This document shows positions 40,930-53,619 of a stretch of DNA of 64,000 nt, one piece after another. Below the pieces are notes generated by a model. It was not told where the DNA came from. It did no database searches and saw nothing but the letters and a program-made list of their open reading frames with translations. Position 1 is the first letter of the stretch. Each line of letters begins with the position of its first letter. Origin of the DNA: Eledone cirrhosa (taxonomy: Eukaryota); assembly GCA_964016885.1 (NCBI GenBank), contig OZ024742.1:68200001-68264000 (forward strand), given 5' to 3'. The position numbers were made by a program, and so were the translations under genes.

Positions 40930-42150
40930 TCGGGTCATTGGCATTATCAGTCTGTACTAGTTTCTATATTTCTTTCCAGACATCTGGTACAAATACTTTT
41001 CTGTTTCATTTTTATCATTCGAAGTGCACCGACTATCATTGGTATTGTGCAGGCATTAAGATGCCACATTTTCTCAATTTATATTTATTGAACATTTGGA
41101 ACACTTTCTAGTAGATGTTACGAGCCAATGGTATGCTCATGTCAATTAAGAAGCATGCTTTCTTTTTACATCATAGTTATATCGGGTCTATTTGCTTTGC
41201 ACATTTTGTAGGTGCTCACAGGAAATTGTCGCATTGTCGCCTCCTTTTACAGCATCTAACTGATGCTTGTAACATGTTTTCTGCTTTGATGCCGTAAATC
41301 CTTCACAATACCCAGTGTAAACATTGCCCTACTCTATCATGCCTAGTATTATACTCCTGGGAAGCTAATACTTTGTAGCCGGAAACCAGAACGTCATTTC
41401 TTTAAACCTGCTCATGGCAAAATTGACAAGGCGTCAGTTCCATTTTGGGATCACATTGACTTGAACATTGCGAGTTGAAAATCACTGGTTGTGTGCAGCC
41501 AAAATAAAGCTATCACTCTCTAATGTTTACCCCAGAACCCAGCGGCTATTGCTGGTTAATAGTTTGATCTATGTCAGATTCCTCACTATGGAGGACATAC
41601 TGCCCATGCTTCTCTTCCCATTTTGGTGCAGTTTCAGTTGACCTCCATTTTCGCCAGCATTTTCTTTTCAGCCCTAACTGCAGAATCGCCATCATTTTCA
41701 AATTGTTCTTTATATATTCCTAATTATTCTGAAAACTTTCCTTCGTGATTTGTCTTCCTTTCATATCCTGCAGCCACTTTCAATATCCAGTCATCTATAG
41801 TTTTAGGATATTGTTCGAGTCCAATATTTGATATTTTGCATGACAGCACAAGCTAGATTATTCCTCTACTTCTACTTTATCTACGGAGATAGAGGCGATT
41901 GACATCTACTTTTCGATGATATTGTTTATTACAGAAGTTTCCTGATTTTGGTGACCATTTTCTCTATTTCGTTAACGTCCCAATTTATGATGTTGAAACT
42001 ATAGGTTACAACTGGAATTGCAAGAGCATTCATAGCAGATATTTTATTCTTTAAGTATAGCTCAAGACAGCACATACTCTCCTGTAGTATTCCTTCCTAA
42101 TTTTCTCTTTCATTCTGGTACGATGGATTTCTTGGCATTCACTTACCCAT
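40930..42150 (-). mobile_element. Old R4/Dong-like LINE remnant (post-RT, zinc knuckle and REL endonuclease region)
   Basis: Minus strand NKISAMNALAIPVVTYSFNIINWDVNEIEKMVTKIRKL and VSGYKVLASQEYNTRHDRVGQCLHW (RHD motif); many stops. Confidence 0.8.
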
Positions 42151-42429
42151 AAATACTAGTAAATTTGGAAGGCAAACCCGTACTGGAGTATGGTCACAAA
42201 AATAGTTTGGTTGTTTTTTGTAATATTTTTATATTTTTTCTTCGTAGAGTTTCAGCATTATAACGGTGTCTCACTACACGGGCCCCAACTTCAAAACAAA
42301 TTCTACCGAATAGAGCAAAACACTTCCCAAAATACCTGCAACACATTATGTAATACAGAGACTTGCCGGATTCAAAATATGAAACACATGAAATTTCACT
42401 CTAGTAATAACCTTACAGATAACAAATAC

Positions 42430-42625
42430 TGATGAGCGTCCATCGGTTACAACGACGAGTGTTTCATTTGCTCGAGCAACGGAACACCCTACTCATAATA
42501 TTAATCTGTAAGTGACTGGGCATTCCTGACAGACGTGTATATTTAAACTATTTCTCAGAAAGATACAGTCTAACACAGTGTGTGATGTCTGGCCATTTAA
42601 ATTAGAGGTGCAGTCCATCTGACGG
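42430..42625 (+). repeat. Dispersed repeat family B (SINE-like)
   Basis: TCCATCGGTTACAACGACGAG...CAACGGAAC...CAGACGTGTA...TTCTCAG...ACACAG; similar to the reverse complement of 11810-11995. Confidence 0.55.
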
Positions 42626-42994
42626 ACTTCCAAGCAGATCCCGTCAACGTAATTTCATTTACGTGACATTAGTCGATCCAAAAGTATGGTTAATTACACA
42701 TGCCCAAGATTTCACACAGTGAGATCGAACCAAAACATTTAATTATTGTGGAGAGAATCTCTTATCCGATTTGCTATGCCGTGTTCACAATACCAGCCAA
42801 CATTCGCGCGCACACGAATTTGTCAAACGAAAATGTTTTAAATACAAATCAGACCCCATCGTTTAGGCGTATACTTTCAAACACAGATCCCTAAATATGA
42901 GTTCGAATGTATTATTTACAACCTTCATGGGTGATGTAGAAACAAAAGCGCACTCAAAATTAATTGTGTTTTTTTTTGGCATAAGCATTGATTT

Positions 42995-43180
42995 ATAATT
43001 TAGGCACAAAGCCAGCAAATTTGGGGGAAGGATAAAATTGATTAAATAATTCTCAATATTTAACTTAATTTTATCGATCCTCTAAAGAACGAGGGGCGCG
43101 ATTTGAACTCAATGTAAAGCCAACATAATACGTAATTGAATTTTATCCGAAGCTTTATTAATTCTGCCAATCCACCACCA
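42995..43180 (-). mobile_element. SINE family A, degenerate
   Basis: TAGGCACAAAGCCAGCAA...ATTTGAACTC...TTCTGCCAATCCACC. Confidence 0.7.
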
Positions 43181-43384
43181 TTTGTGAGGCATAAACACTA
43201 ACATTTCCTTCCATGATCATTATCAGCATCAGTAAAAGAACAATCCTCCTTTCACTTCTCCCCATCGTAATTATTGCGGCCACTATCATCACTAGCATCA
43301 ACAACATAATAGTTACATTCAGCCACATTGTCATTATCTTTATCATCATCACCACCATCATTATTATTATTATTATCATTTGGG

Positions 43385-43565
43385 GCAGTATCGGCACAGC
43401 GTCAGACACCATACTTTGCAGCATAGAGTTATGGCCCTTTACGTTCTTAGTTCAAATCCCGCCGGGGTTAACTTTGCCTTTCATACTTACAGGGTCGATA
43501 AAATAAAGCATCAGTAATGTACTGGGGTAATTGCTGGCCTTGTGCCAAAAGTAGAAAATAATTAT
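43385..43565 (+). mobile_element. SINE family A
   Basis: GGCAGTATCGG head, GTTCAAATCCC B box and core, lying in an (ATC/ATT)n tract. Confidence 0.85.
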
Positions 43566-44532
43566 TATCGTCATCATCATCAGCATCATGCAAATTACCG
43601 TTTTTATCATCAGATAATCTCCATTATATATATGGTGATTAGTACATTTTAATAAATCTGGGTGATGAGGTCACAGCTATACCTTCTCGTCTATCTCATA
43701 TAGTTGACCTTCATTTTCATAGGTCACTATCAATATAGAAAATAATTTATGCAAAATAACCATATACATATACACATAATAGGCATACTATATATATGGG
43801 GGGGGTGCGTCTGTGTGTGTGTGTACGGGCAACGATGAATGAATGGAGAATAAATGCGTTCATAAGAACAATAATGATAAATGGCACGTATAAACATATA
43901 CGAAAACACGCGTACATATACATACATAGACAGCGGTGATTCGGCTGAACCTCGAGGACAAAATGGCAAAAGCATTTCCGCGGACAATAGTTACTATCGA
44001 TCCGATTTTACGGAGGTCAGCTGTCCGAGGTCAGAGGACGCCTGAGGTTTCGACACCGACTGGTGCAAAGGCGAAGTATCTGGACAATTATGTGAGAACA
44101 CCAGAGCAAAGAGAGCGTTGAAGAAATATTGAGAGTGGAGAAGAGAGAGCTTTAAAAATGAAGTAAAATATAGAAAAGGCTGAGAAATATAATTGTCCGC
44201 GAACGTACCGTTTAAGGACTATATATTTTACTGAATATGTGAGTGTGTTATATAGATAGATATGTTTCTTTATTAGCCACAGGGGCACAAAAGAAGGGGA
44301 TAAATATATAGATAGATAGATAGACAGATAGATAGATAGTTATAACGTCATAGGACAATGGTATTGATGAGTTAATATCTGTATACAACAACTACAACGG
44401 TACGCGATGGGGCCCACCCACAACCCCGGCGGACAGAATGGAGAAGGCGTTTCCCCGGAGGACAGCAAGGGAGACGCGCTGGAAAAGCCACTCCATTATT
44501 TAATTATGTTTACTGCATATATGTATGTATGT

Positions 44533-44569
<37 letters not shown>

Positions 44570-44652
44570 CACACACATATATCACATATATCACATATAT
44601 TTATGTATGTTTATTGTATATATGTATGTGTATACATCTACGGAAATACTTA

Positions 44653-44697
<45 letters not shown>

Positions 44698-44706
44698 GAT
44701 TGGTGT

Positions 44707-44788
<82 letters not shown>

Positions 44789-45242
44789 TTAGTTATACTA
44801 TTTATGGTTATGTAAACACAAAACCTTAAGCAGTTGTAAGTATTTTACATTAATGCTTATAATATTTCTCCACACACAGACTATATCAATCATATAAAGA
44901 CTTTGCCACCATATCTACCAACCTAACACTCTTATTTACCTACGTAAGTGCCTCTACCACACATATCTCTCTGCCACACTATATAAACAAGACGCACATG
45001 CGTGCCACACATATAACATTTGCACTATATAACCACTTATCTACATGTTGTACTTTAACCTATATCTTTGATTTTTGATTGTACCTATTAATATAAATGT
45101 AATCTCGAAGTGTGTACTGCCACTCTAAATTCTGTAATGAATGTTGACCCACAATGTTTGAATATGTATCAATGTTTGAATATGTATTGGTATGTCTCAC
45201 GGCTGAAAAGGAGGTCATATAACTGTCCATGCATTAATAAAT

Positions 45243-45289
45243 TGCTCCGAAGAATCCAAACCTCGGTTTGGAGGAAACAGCTGTAAGCA
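45243..45289 (+). ncRNA. Type I hammerhead motif with a single core mutation (U4C)
   Basis: TGCT-CCGAAGA-A-TCCAAACC-TC-GGTTTGGA-G-GAAACAG-CTGTA-AGCA: stems I, II and III all pair; a short tail and (TA)n follow. Confidence 0.65.
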
Positions 45290-45329
45290 CAATAATGTTT
45301 TGAACAGTTCTTTGATTCTTATATTTCAT

Positions 45330-45380
<51 letters not shown>

Positions 45381-45383
<3 letters not shown>

Positions 45384-46370
45384 AAGAGCAAACAAAAATA
45401 ACAAAGCAAACGACACAGTTCAATGAAGTAATATATAAGTAGTTTTGCGTTTGATATAGTAGGAGAAGAGTCTTAACGTCTCAGACACTTGTCTTTCATC
45501 AGAAGATAGAATGAGAAATGAAAGAAGAAATAAAACGATTGAGGAGATAGGCAGTGTGTGTGTCTTGCCATCTCTCTGACTATTGACCACACTCACCACA
45601 CACACTCTAGCACCATCTTCTATAAGCCCACTGATTCCCACTGTTACCTCGACTTCACCGCCTCCTATCCAATCACACCAAACTCTTCATACCCTACTCC
45701 TAATTCCTCTGTCTTTGTCTGATCTGTATCAAGGACCACGGTTTCGTAACCCACTCACTTCACATGGCCTGCCGTTTCATCCAGCGTGGATATCCGACCA
45801 CCCTGATCCAAGTTGCCCTCACCCGTGCCCGTGAAACCGACCGTATGACAGCCCTCTCACCTCACCACTGCCCTCCCATCACCCACCTTCCTTTCCCTCT
45901 CATCTATCACCCCATTCCCTTCCTCTCCTCTCTATGACTCCACCCGGCGCTCACACCTGCTCTCATGCCCGCTGTAACACACTCTCATGTCATTTCTAAC
46001 GGCACCACTCTCACAGGCACCAACAGTTCAGTTCGTATACGCCACTTCTTCACCTGCACCTACAGCCACAGCCACATAGTCTATACCCCCTTCCGGTGTT
46101 ACCTTTATGGGTCCCTTATACATCGGAAAAACAGGACGCCGTTTGGTGGTCCGTTTTGCTAAATATTTGAGGGACATACGACTCGGTATGGATACTCACG
46201 TCGCTCGTCATTTCCGTTCCCCAGGTCACTCTTCGCTACATGTCTGACTCCTTGGTATCCTTTTACACCACGGATCACAGGCCTCATACAGCAGGACAGA
46301 GCAGAGTCTGAATTTTCGCCTCGGGTCCGGTTTTCCCACTGGACTCAATTCCCCTCCCCAATTTCTTTAA
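45381..46370 (+). mobile_element. Degenerate Penelope-like element (second lineage): inverted HHR-bearing terminal repeat plus RT-thumb/GIY-YIG remnant
   Basis: 45381-45550 carries the H2 hammerhead on minus (45471-45506). Plus strand RFIQRGYPTTLIQVALTRARE, HFFTCT, YIGKTGRRL..RF..YLRDI...HVARHF, EQSLNFRLG..FPTGLN, stop at 46368-46370. Confidence 0.8.
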
Positions 46371-47437
46371 CCTTACACACATACGCCCGTGCTTAATTCT
46401 CTACCCCTTGCCACCGTCACATTTACCCCGCCCGTTTCCACACACGCGCGCGTAATTTCACCCCTAGTTTCCAATGACACTGTTATGGTCAAAAACTATG
46501 CTTTTATATAAACCAAAATGATATATATATATGGGGGGGGGGCGTATACATGCATTATACATATAACCTATAGCATATTCATACAATGCACACATCATAT
46601 ACAATATTTACACTCACGTGCACACATGCCCACATCTATTTTCAGAAATTCCACGATGAATATATTTTCAGTTTTCCTTCAGTCATAAACGTAGCTACTA
46701 AACAATAAAAACAATTGAAACAAATCTTTTCCTGGTTTCAATCATAGACATGGACTGCGTCCATACTGGGCACTGTCTTCAGGAGTTTCGTCGATCTTAT
46801 CGATTTTCATACTTATTTCAACTTGGTATTTTTTATTGATCTCTATTTGCTCAACCACTAAGTTGAAAGATAAAAACAAGAGCAAGAAAACAAGAGAGTG
46901 GGGAAGGAGAGAGAGAGAGCCAAAGACAGAGAAACAGAGAGAGGGAGAAAGAGAGAGATGGACTAACAACTGTCCAAAATAGTAGTTTACTTCTGTGCAT
47001 ATGCGTTTTACTCAACTTCGTGACCGGTTTCATCCGGTATGCTGTTGAGACAGACTTAAGCTCTTTTCAATTCAAATTGTACATAGATATATGTTTAAAG
47101 GGTATCCTTTTGTGTTTACGTTTACAGTTTGTTTATGTTCCGAAACCTAGCAGTTCGACAAAAAAGAAATCAATGAAATAATTATCACACTTGAAAAGGC
47201 TTCGATATGCTGGACTATAAACCCTTAGTGCGACTCACCAGTATGTCTACGGTCTACTAACTGAAACCATTAGAATAATAAAAGAAAGAATACGCATACA
47301 TACATCCATATGTATTCACAACACATTATCATGTATGTCTCGTGATCTGAATACGTACCTATCTATTTATCTAACTATTTATCTATCTGTCTGTCTTTTG
47401 TTTATCTATTTATTTTATCTCTATATCTCTGAATCTG

Positions 47438-47471
<34 letters not shown>

Positions 47472-48212
47472 AATATGCCATCTTAACACTTTCACCAGCT
47501 GAGATCTTATCTATAAAACCTGCTTGGATTAGTTTGTTTGTTTTTCTTTTATTTGATTGCTTGTTTGTTTATTGGGTTTTTTTTCGTTATTTTTTTTTTT
47601 TTTTTTTGTCGTTCACTTATTGCCAAACCTTTTATAATATGTAATCATATGAACTAAAGGGATATGAACTTGAGGTCAATTATAAGGATGAATATGTTCG
47701 CCTACGTCTCTATCGTCATTCAAGAATATACAAATGGTCTTATTTTGAATAGGAAAGGGTTGATTCGATTACATCTACTTTTAATTTGATTTACACAATG
47801 AAACTAATCTATTTTTTAATGGAATATCTTGGTTTATCCTGAAACACTACTGGGCGGTACAAAGTGCGACGAATTAATGCGGACGTCACCGGTCTTCAAT
47901 ATAATACAATGATATACAACGAAAAATATGTTTATACAGATAACCGGTTTACTTAGCAAAATTGGGAAAATTTGAAATGTAGTTTTACAAATGCAAATGA
48001 TTATATTAGTAGTTGAGGATTCGGAATGAGAGTGTATATATATATATATATAGAATGAGAAAATGCGAAGTAGAAAATGCGAAGATGTTAAAGTCCTTTA
48101 TTGGTAATGATGTGATACATATTTCAATGACGACAGTGGCCACATGATTCTGTGTACCCAGTGCCGTGACGTCATCAGACAGCTTCTTATATAATAAGAA
48201 GAGAGAACGGCT

Positions 48213-48277
48213 TCTTATATAATAAGGCAGGAGAACGGACAGGCGAACCAAGAACACACGCCTTGTCCGTTCCCTAG
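48213..48277 (+). mobile_element. Possible minimal non-autonomous Helitron
   Basis: 5' TCTTATATAATAA (duplicated just upstream), hairpin GAACGGAC..GGCG/CGCC..GTCCGTTC, ends CTAG followed by T. Confidence 0.4.
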
Positions 48278-48488
48278 TCGTTTCTGTTTGGATTGCCCTC
48301 AGAACGTAACCTCATTATGTGTGTGTGTGTGTGTGTGTATGTGTGTGTATATACACACACGCGCACATATATATATATATATATAAGTATTTATATAAAT
48401 ATATATGTATGTATATATATATATATGTATGGCATATACATACATACATACATACATACATACATACATACATACATACATACATACA

Positions 48489-48517
<29 letters not shown>

Positions 48518-48519
<2 letters not shown>

Positions 48520-51500
48520 CGATAATGATAATAATCAAAAGTATAAAAAATTGAAAATTTCCCTCAACGAAATCTTCCAAAGAGAAATTAATTCATGTAT
48601 AAATATCTCTCTTGCTGAACGTATTAAAACGACAATGTTTAATAAAAAAAAAACCTAGATAATGAAATATTACGTGTTATTGATGAAATAGCGGATGAAT
48701 ATTTACAACGGATAAAAACCCCCAACATTCTGGCAAATCAACGCCTGTTTATATGCCTTAGCAACGACAGTGAGGCATTATCTTGGTGATAGCAGAGATA
48801 TTAACAAGAATAAAACACCACCAAAAATACCATCATATATAACTAAAATAGAAAAAAAGATTGCTGACCTACGAAAAACCATAGGATATGTGACAATGCT
48901 CCTTACATGCAAACAAACACAAAAAATCCTCACTCCTCACCAACAAAGAGTGAAAAATAAAATAGAGACGATTTTTGGTAACAGTCGAACCAGAATTCTT
49001 CAATATAAGCTGATCACCCTCAAACAAGAATTGAGAGCTGTTAGCGAAAAACGCCGATACCTGAATAAGAGAAAAGTGCTTTATAAAAGATTCAGACGAA
49101 ACCAAACATCGGTCTATAGAGATATGAAGAACAAAATAATAAGTGTCACTGAGGTCCCATCCCAGAAAGACATAGATTCCTTTTGGAGCAAAATATGGGG
49201 TAAAAAGAAGAATTTCAACCAAGATGCAGTGTGGCTAAGAGAAATCCGAAAGAACTATTTCTCCTACACTACAACAAAAACATACGAAATATGTTAGGGT
49301 ACCCTTGAGACTGTGATAGGAAAATTCCAAGATAAGAAAACACCAGGAAGAGACATGATTGTCGGCTACGGGTACAAGAAACTGATATTCTATCGAGGTA
49401 TCTTACTGAGCTCTACAAACAAGTTCTTAAAGGAGATACACGTATACCAGAATGGTTGACATTAGCACAAACATTACTGGTCCCCAAGAACAAAGACATC
49501 CACTTGGCAAAAACCTACCGACCCATTGTATAAGATGTATACAGCCTGCCTGAACCTATGTGAAAATAATAACATCACCACAGATGAACAAGCAGCTGGA
49601 AAGAAAGGGGTTTGGGGATGTGCTGAACACCTCCTAATCAACAAAACTGCGATGTCGGAGGTACGACAACTTAAGAGGAATATGGCTACAGTCTGGCTGG
49701 ACTACAGGAAAGCTTTCGATTCTGTTCCCCATTCTTGGATGATAGAGGCCCTCCAACTTGCTAAAGTCCCAGACATTATTGTCAGAGCCATAGAGAGGCT
49801 GTCTTCTTCTTGGGCTAATATCCTAAGGTTAAATACACAGAGGGAGGACTCTATTTTCACTGATAAAATAAAATATTGCAGGGGTATATTTCAGGTGGAC
49901 AGTCTCTCTGTGATATTATTTATCTTGTCATTAAACCCCTTGTCCTTTCTGCTCAAGAAATGTGAGGGATACATCATTGGCTCACAGGAGCACAGAAATA
50001 CGAACCTAAACCATAATTTCTTTGTGGACGATCTGAAACTCTATGACAAGAGCATGGATGGGATGACGAAAAATCTTGACCTGGTTACAACGTTCTCAAA
50101 GGATATAGGAATGGAGTTTGGCCAAGATAAATGCTCATACATGACTGTAAAGCGGAAAAAACAACAACCCAATCTAGCAACATTGTCATCAATGGTCTAA
50201 CTGTTTCACCGATATCTGATGAGGACTGCTACATATACCTGGGGATAGATGCCTATAATGGTATCTGTAATAAGGAACGCGTAACTAGGGAATACTACAC
50301 CCGATTAAGAAAGATTTGGTCATTGGAACTCTCTGCGCAAAACAAAACAGTGGCTCACAATGTGTTTGCTGTGCCTGTCCTAACACCAACGTTTGGAATA
50401 CTCAATTGGACGATAGACGAAATCCGAGCAGTTGATGTTGGAACTCGAAAAATACTAAACAACACCGGAAACTTCCACATCAACAGTGATATAGACCGCC
50501 TTTACTTGAAACGTAAACAGGGAGGCAACGGCCTAACATCAGTCCAGACAGCATTTGAATGTCGCATCATATCCCTCCGACATCTACGAACCTCGAAGCG
50601 TAGGAGCCCGTCTCTCGAGCATGTCTATCTGCATGAAACAGATAAGATCATGAGAGTTGGGAAGGAACTCCTCGAGAGATGTTCCCTGTGTGATAATCAA
50701 AAACTCATACCCAGGGATGTCGCTCAGCAGTATCGCAGTGGATCCATGGATGAAAAGCTGCATGCTTATCAGCAAAATATCATGCATGGATATGTTGCCA
50801 GGAAGCTCCAGCGTGAGAGTAATGTAGATAAGGAAAGTAGTCTATCTTGGATCAACAACCGCTATATTGGCTCCCACTTTGAAAGATACGCTTTTGCAAT
50901 CCAAGAACAGGAGTTTAACACGAAATACCTGATTCACAAAATAGATAGGGATGCATGCAAAACACCTAGATGGGATAACAAGTGCAGACTCTGCAGAACT
51001 AACATCGAGGATATCACCCATGTCATCAGCAGCTGTCCAAAGATTTCATCGCGGTACTATCTACCTATGAGGCATGATGTAGTGGCCGAAACACTGTACA
51101 TTGCAGTCCGTAAAAAAGATAGTCCCGATAATAAACACATTAAAAGCTACAGCAATGTGGAAGACATCCATGTACATAATACGAAAGAGTACTGGTGGAA
51201 TATTCCAGTAAAAACCCCAATAAAATGCAGGCATAATAGACCAGATATTATGATATGGGACAGGGAGAAGAAAGCATGTACAGAAGTTGAAATTAGCTGC
51301 CCAGCAGATGCCAATATAATATCAAAGATTAGCGAAAAGGAGAATATTTATGCAGAACTGATGAGAAATTTGCAGATACTCCACCCTGCTTACACCTTCA
51401 GATTTATGCCTGTGATTATTGGGGCACTGGGATATGTTAGTAACTGCCTCAATACAAATCTTGAGAAGCTGGGCTTCATAGACACAGAAAGAACACGACT

Positions 51501-51797
51501 AGTTAGGAGATTACAAGTACAATCCATTAATGGAGCAGTAACAATATGTAAAACATTCGAAAACTTTTGCATCTAATAACTGCATATACCCATGTACAGA
51601 TACAAAGCATATACACATACAACTCAAAACATACACATCCACACATACAATAACATCCATATCTACACATGCATGCATACATACATATCTACCTAGATAA
51701 TGTTGTGTAAATTCCAATAAGAGAGTCTTGTGTCTATGTTAGAAACCGACTCTCTCACTATTGGGAATTAATTTGTGAAATTATAAAACCAGAAGAA
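48518..51797 (+). mobile_element. R4/Dong-like non-LTR retrotransposon (RT, CCHC and REL endonuclease), disrupted, flanked by (CATA)n
   Basis: RT motifs EQAAGKKGVWGC, WLDYRKAFDSVPH, RGIFQVDSLS, FVDDLKLY; CRLC...HVISSC knuckle; RHD and RPD...E.SCP...K..IY REL motifs. 3' UTR stem-loop CCAATAAGAGAGTC/GACTCTC..CTATTGG. (CATA)n at 48439-48517 and 51798-51833. Confidence 0.93.
49526..51576 (+). pseudogene. Frameshifted RT-REL ORF of the R4/Dong-like element
   Basis: ORFs 49526..50200 and 50131..51576 overlap in different frames; the upstream part is in 48770..49297. Confidence 0.88.
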
Positions 51798-52333
51798 CAT
51801 ACATACATACATACATACATACATACATACATAGTGGCCAATCATATCTATATTAATAATGATTAGCTATTTCAAAGCTACATGTGTGGTCTGATCAACA
51901 GAAGTAGACAGATGTTAACTGACTAAATTAATTTTTCGTGCAGTTATTTTCATTAAATGTAAAACGCGTTGAATTCGAACTGACAGGAGAACGAAGAATT
52001 GGTAATCTTTCTACAAAGACTTGCCTATTCCATATACTTGAGAATAACTTTCTTACCCGTTTTATTTAATAAGTAGTTAATTCCTGGAAAATGCTAAGCG
52101 GTGATGGAGCAATTGCGTCGTCTGGAAGATACAGTATTGAATCGTGTATTCTAATAAAATATTCACACGCTAATAAAGAGGTGGAAAATTAAATAAACAA
52201 ACCTATACACACACTTACAAAAGCACATGATCGCACAGACACAGGCACACACAAATGCATACTCATACTACATACACCACTATATGTCGTTCTAGAGAGG
52301 AGAGTTATTCATCATATAAGTATGTATATACAG

Positions 52334-52410
<77 letters not shown>

Positions 52411-52599
52411 TGTATGTGTGTGTATGTATATATATATATATATGTGTGTGTATGTATGTATATAGAATAAAAAAAATAAGAATCCCATAACGCCTTATGG
52501 AATCGTAAAGACACCGTCATACGGCGTGTCCAGGGCCCTTTTAAACTTGATGGAGCGCAACCCTCTCCAGGTCTAACCACAGCCGATTTATTCTACAGA

Positions 52600-52680
52600 G
52601 GAAGAATCGACCTCAGTACTGGACTGGTACTTTATTTATCGATCTCGAAAGGATGAAAGGCAAAGTTGACCCCGGCGGGA
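52600..52680 (-). mobile_element. SINE family A fragment
   Basis: TGGTACTTTATTTATCGA...GGATGAAAGGCAAAGTTGACCCCGGCGGGA. Confidence 0.75.
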
Positions 52681-52746
52681 CGAATACACAGGTGGGATGA
52701 ATACACAGACACACAGACACACACAGGAATATATATATATATATAT

Positions 52747-52854
52747 ATAACGAAGGAAATGTGGTAAGGAACCAGATGGACCCTAACGCACCAAAGTACT
52801 CAATACTTAGGGTAGTAGAGTGGGTAATAGGAACGAGTAGGGGTCCTACTCGTT

Positions 52855-52859
<5 letters not shown>
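52747..52859. mobile_element. Smallest fold-back copy of the PLE terminus, in (TA)n
   Basis: 80-bp tail nearly identical to 17641-17720, then ATAGGAACGAGTAGG-GGT-CCTACTCGTTCCTAT; (TA)n on both sides. Confidence 0.88.
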
Positions 52860-52912
<53 letters not shown>

Positions 52913-53619
52913 CAAAAGGTATATTCAATTTGTTGGTAATTCAACAAATATAAATGTTTATAACTGATTCACAGCACTCGACAAGTCTTCTGGAGTATAA
53001 TATTCAATGATATTAAATAAATTGAAACTATATTTATAAAACCATATTTATTCTATTTTATATATTTCAAGGGTACCAAAACTTTGGTACGCTCTCATCA
53101 GATAAAATACAAAGTTTGTTTTATAAATTTTGACATAACCAAGAAAATATACCTTAACAGTTCAAGTTTTTCTTGGATAGTGAAGGAAAAGAGAAGAAAA
53201 GTCAGATATTTCAAATTATTAAGATCAGTATGCAAATGAGGTTGAAGTATAGGGCTGAAAAAACGTTATTTTTAGACGCTATGCAGAATTTAAATAATTA
53301 AGATATATGTATGTATAAGTAGGAAGAAGAAAAAAAGAAAGAAGAGCTTGTATTTACGTTAATTTAAAAGGAATTAACAATTTGCGGGAATGGTGGAATA
53401 TAATTCCAGAATTTAAATTTATTTAGCTATATTATGAGTTATAATATTGTATATATAATCAGTTAGATTATATGAAGAATTATGGTTGTAAGTAGATTTT
53501 ATCTTATTACATTACAATAGGTTGTAAGTATATAAATATCTATATAGATTAATAATTGTGCATGTATAAGTATTATAGAGATAGAAGTAACTTACTCTTA
53601 TTAGTTGTTTACATTTCTA

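Noticed and set aside
42430-42470. CTGATGA at the start of repeat family B
   Set aside because: No downstream GAAA box or stems consistent with a hammerhead.
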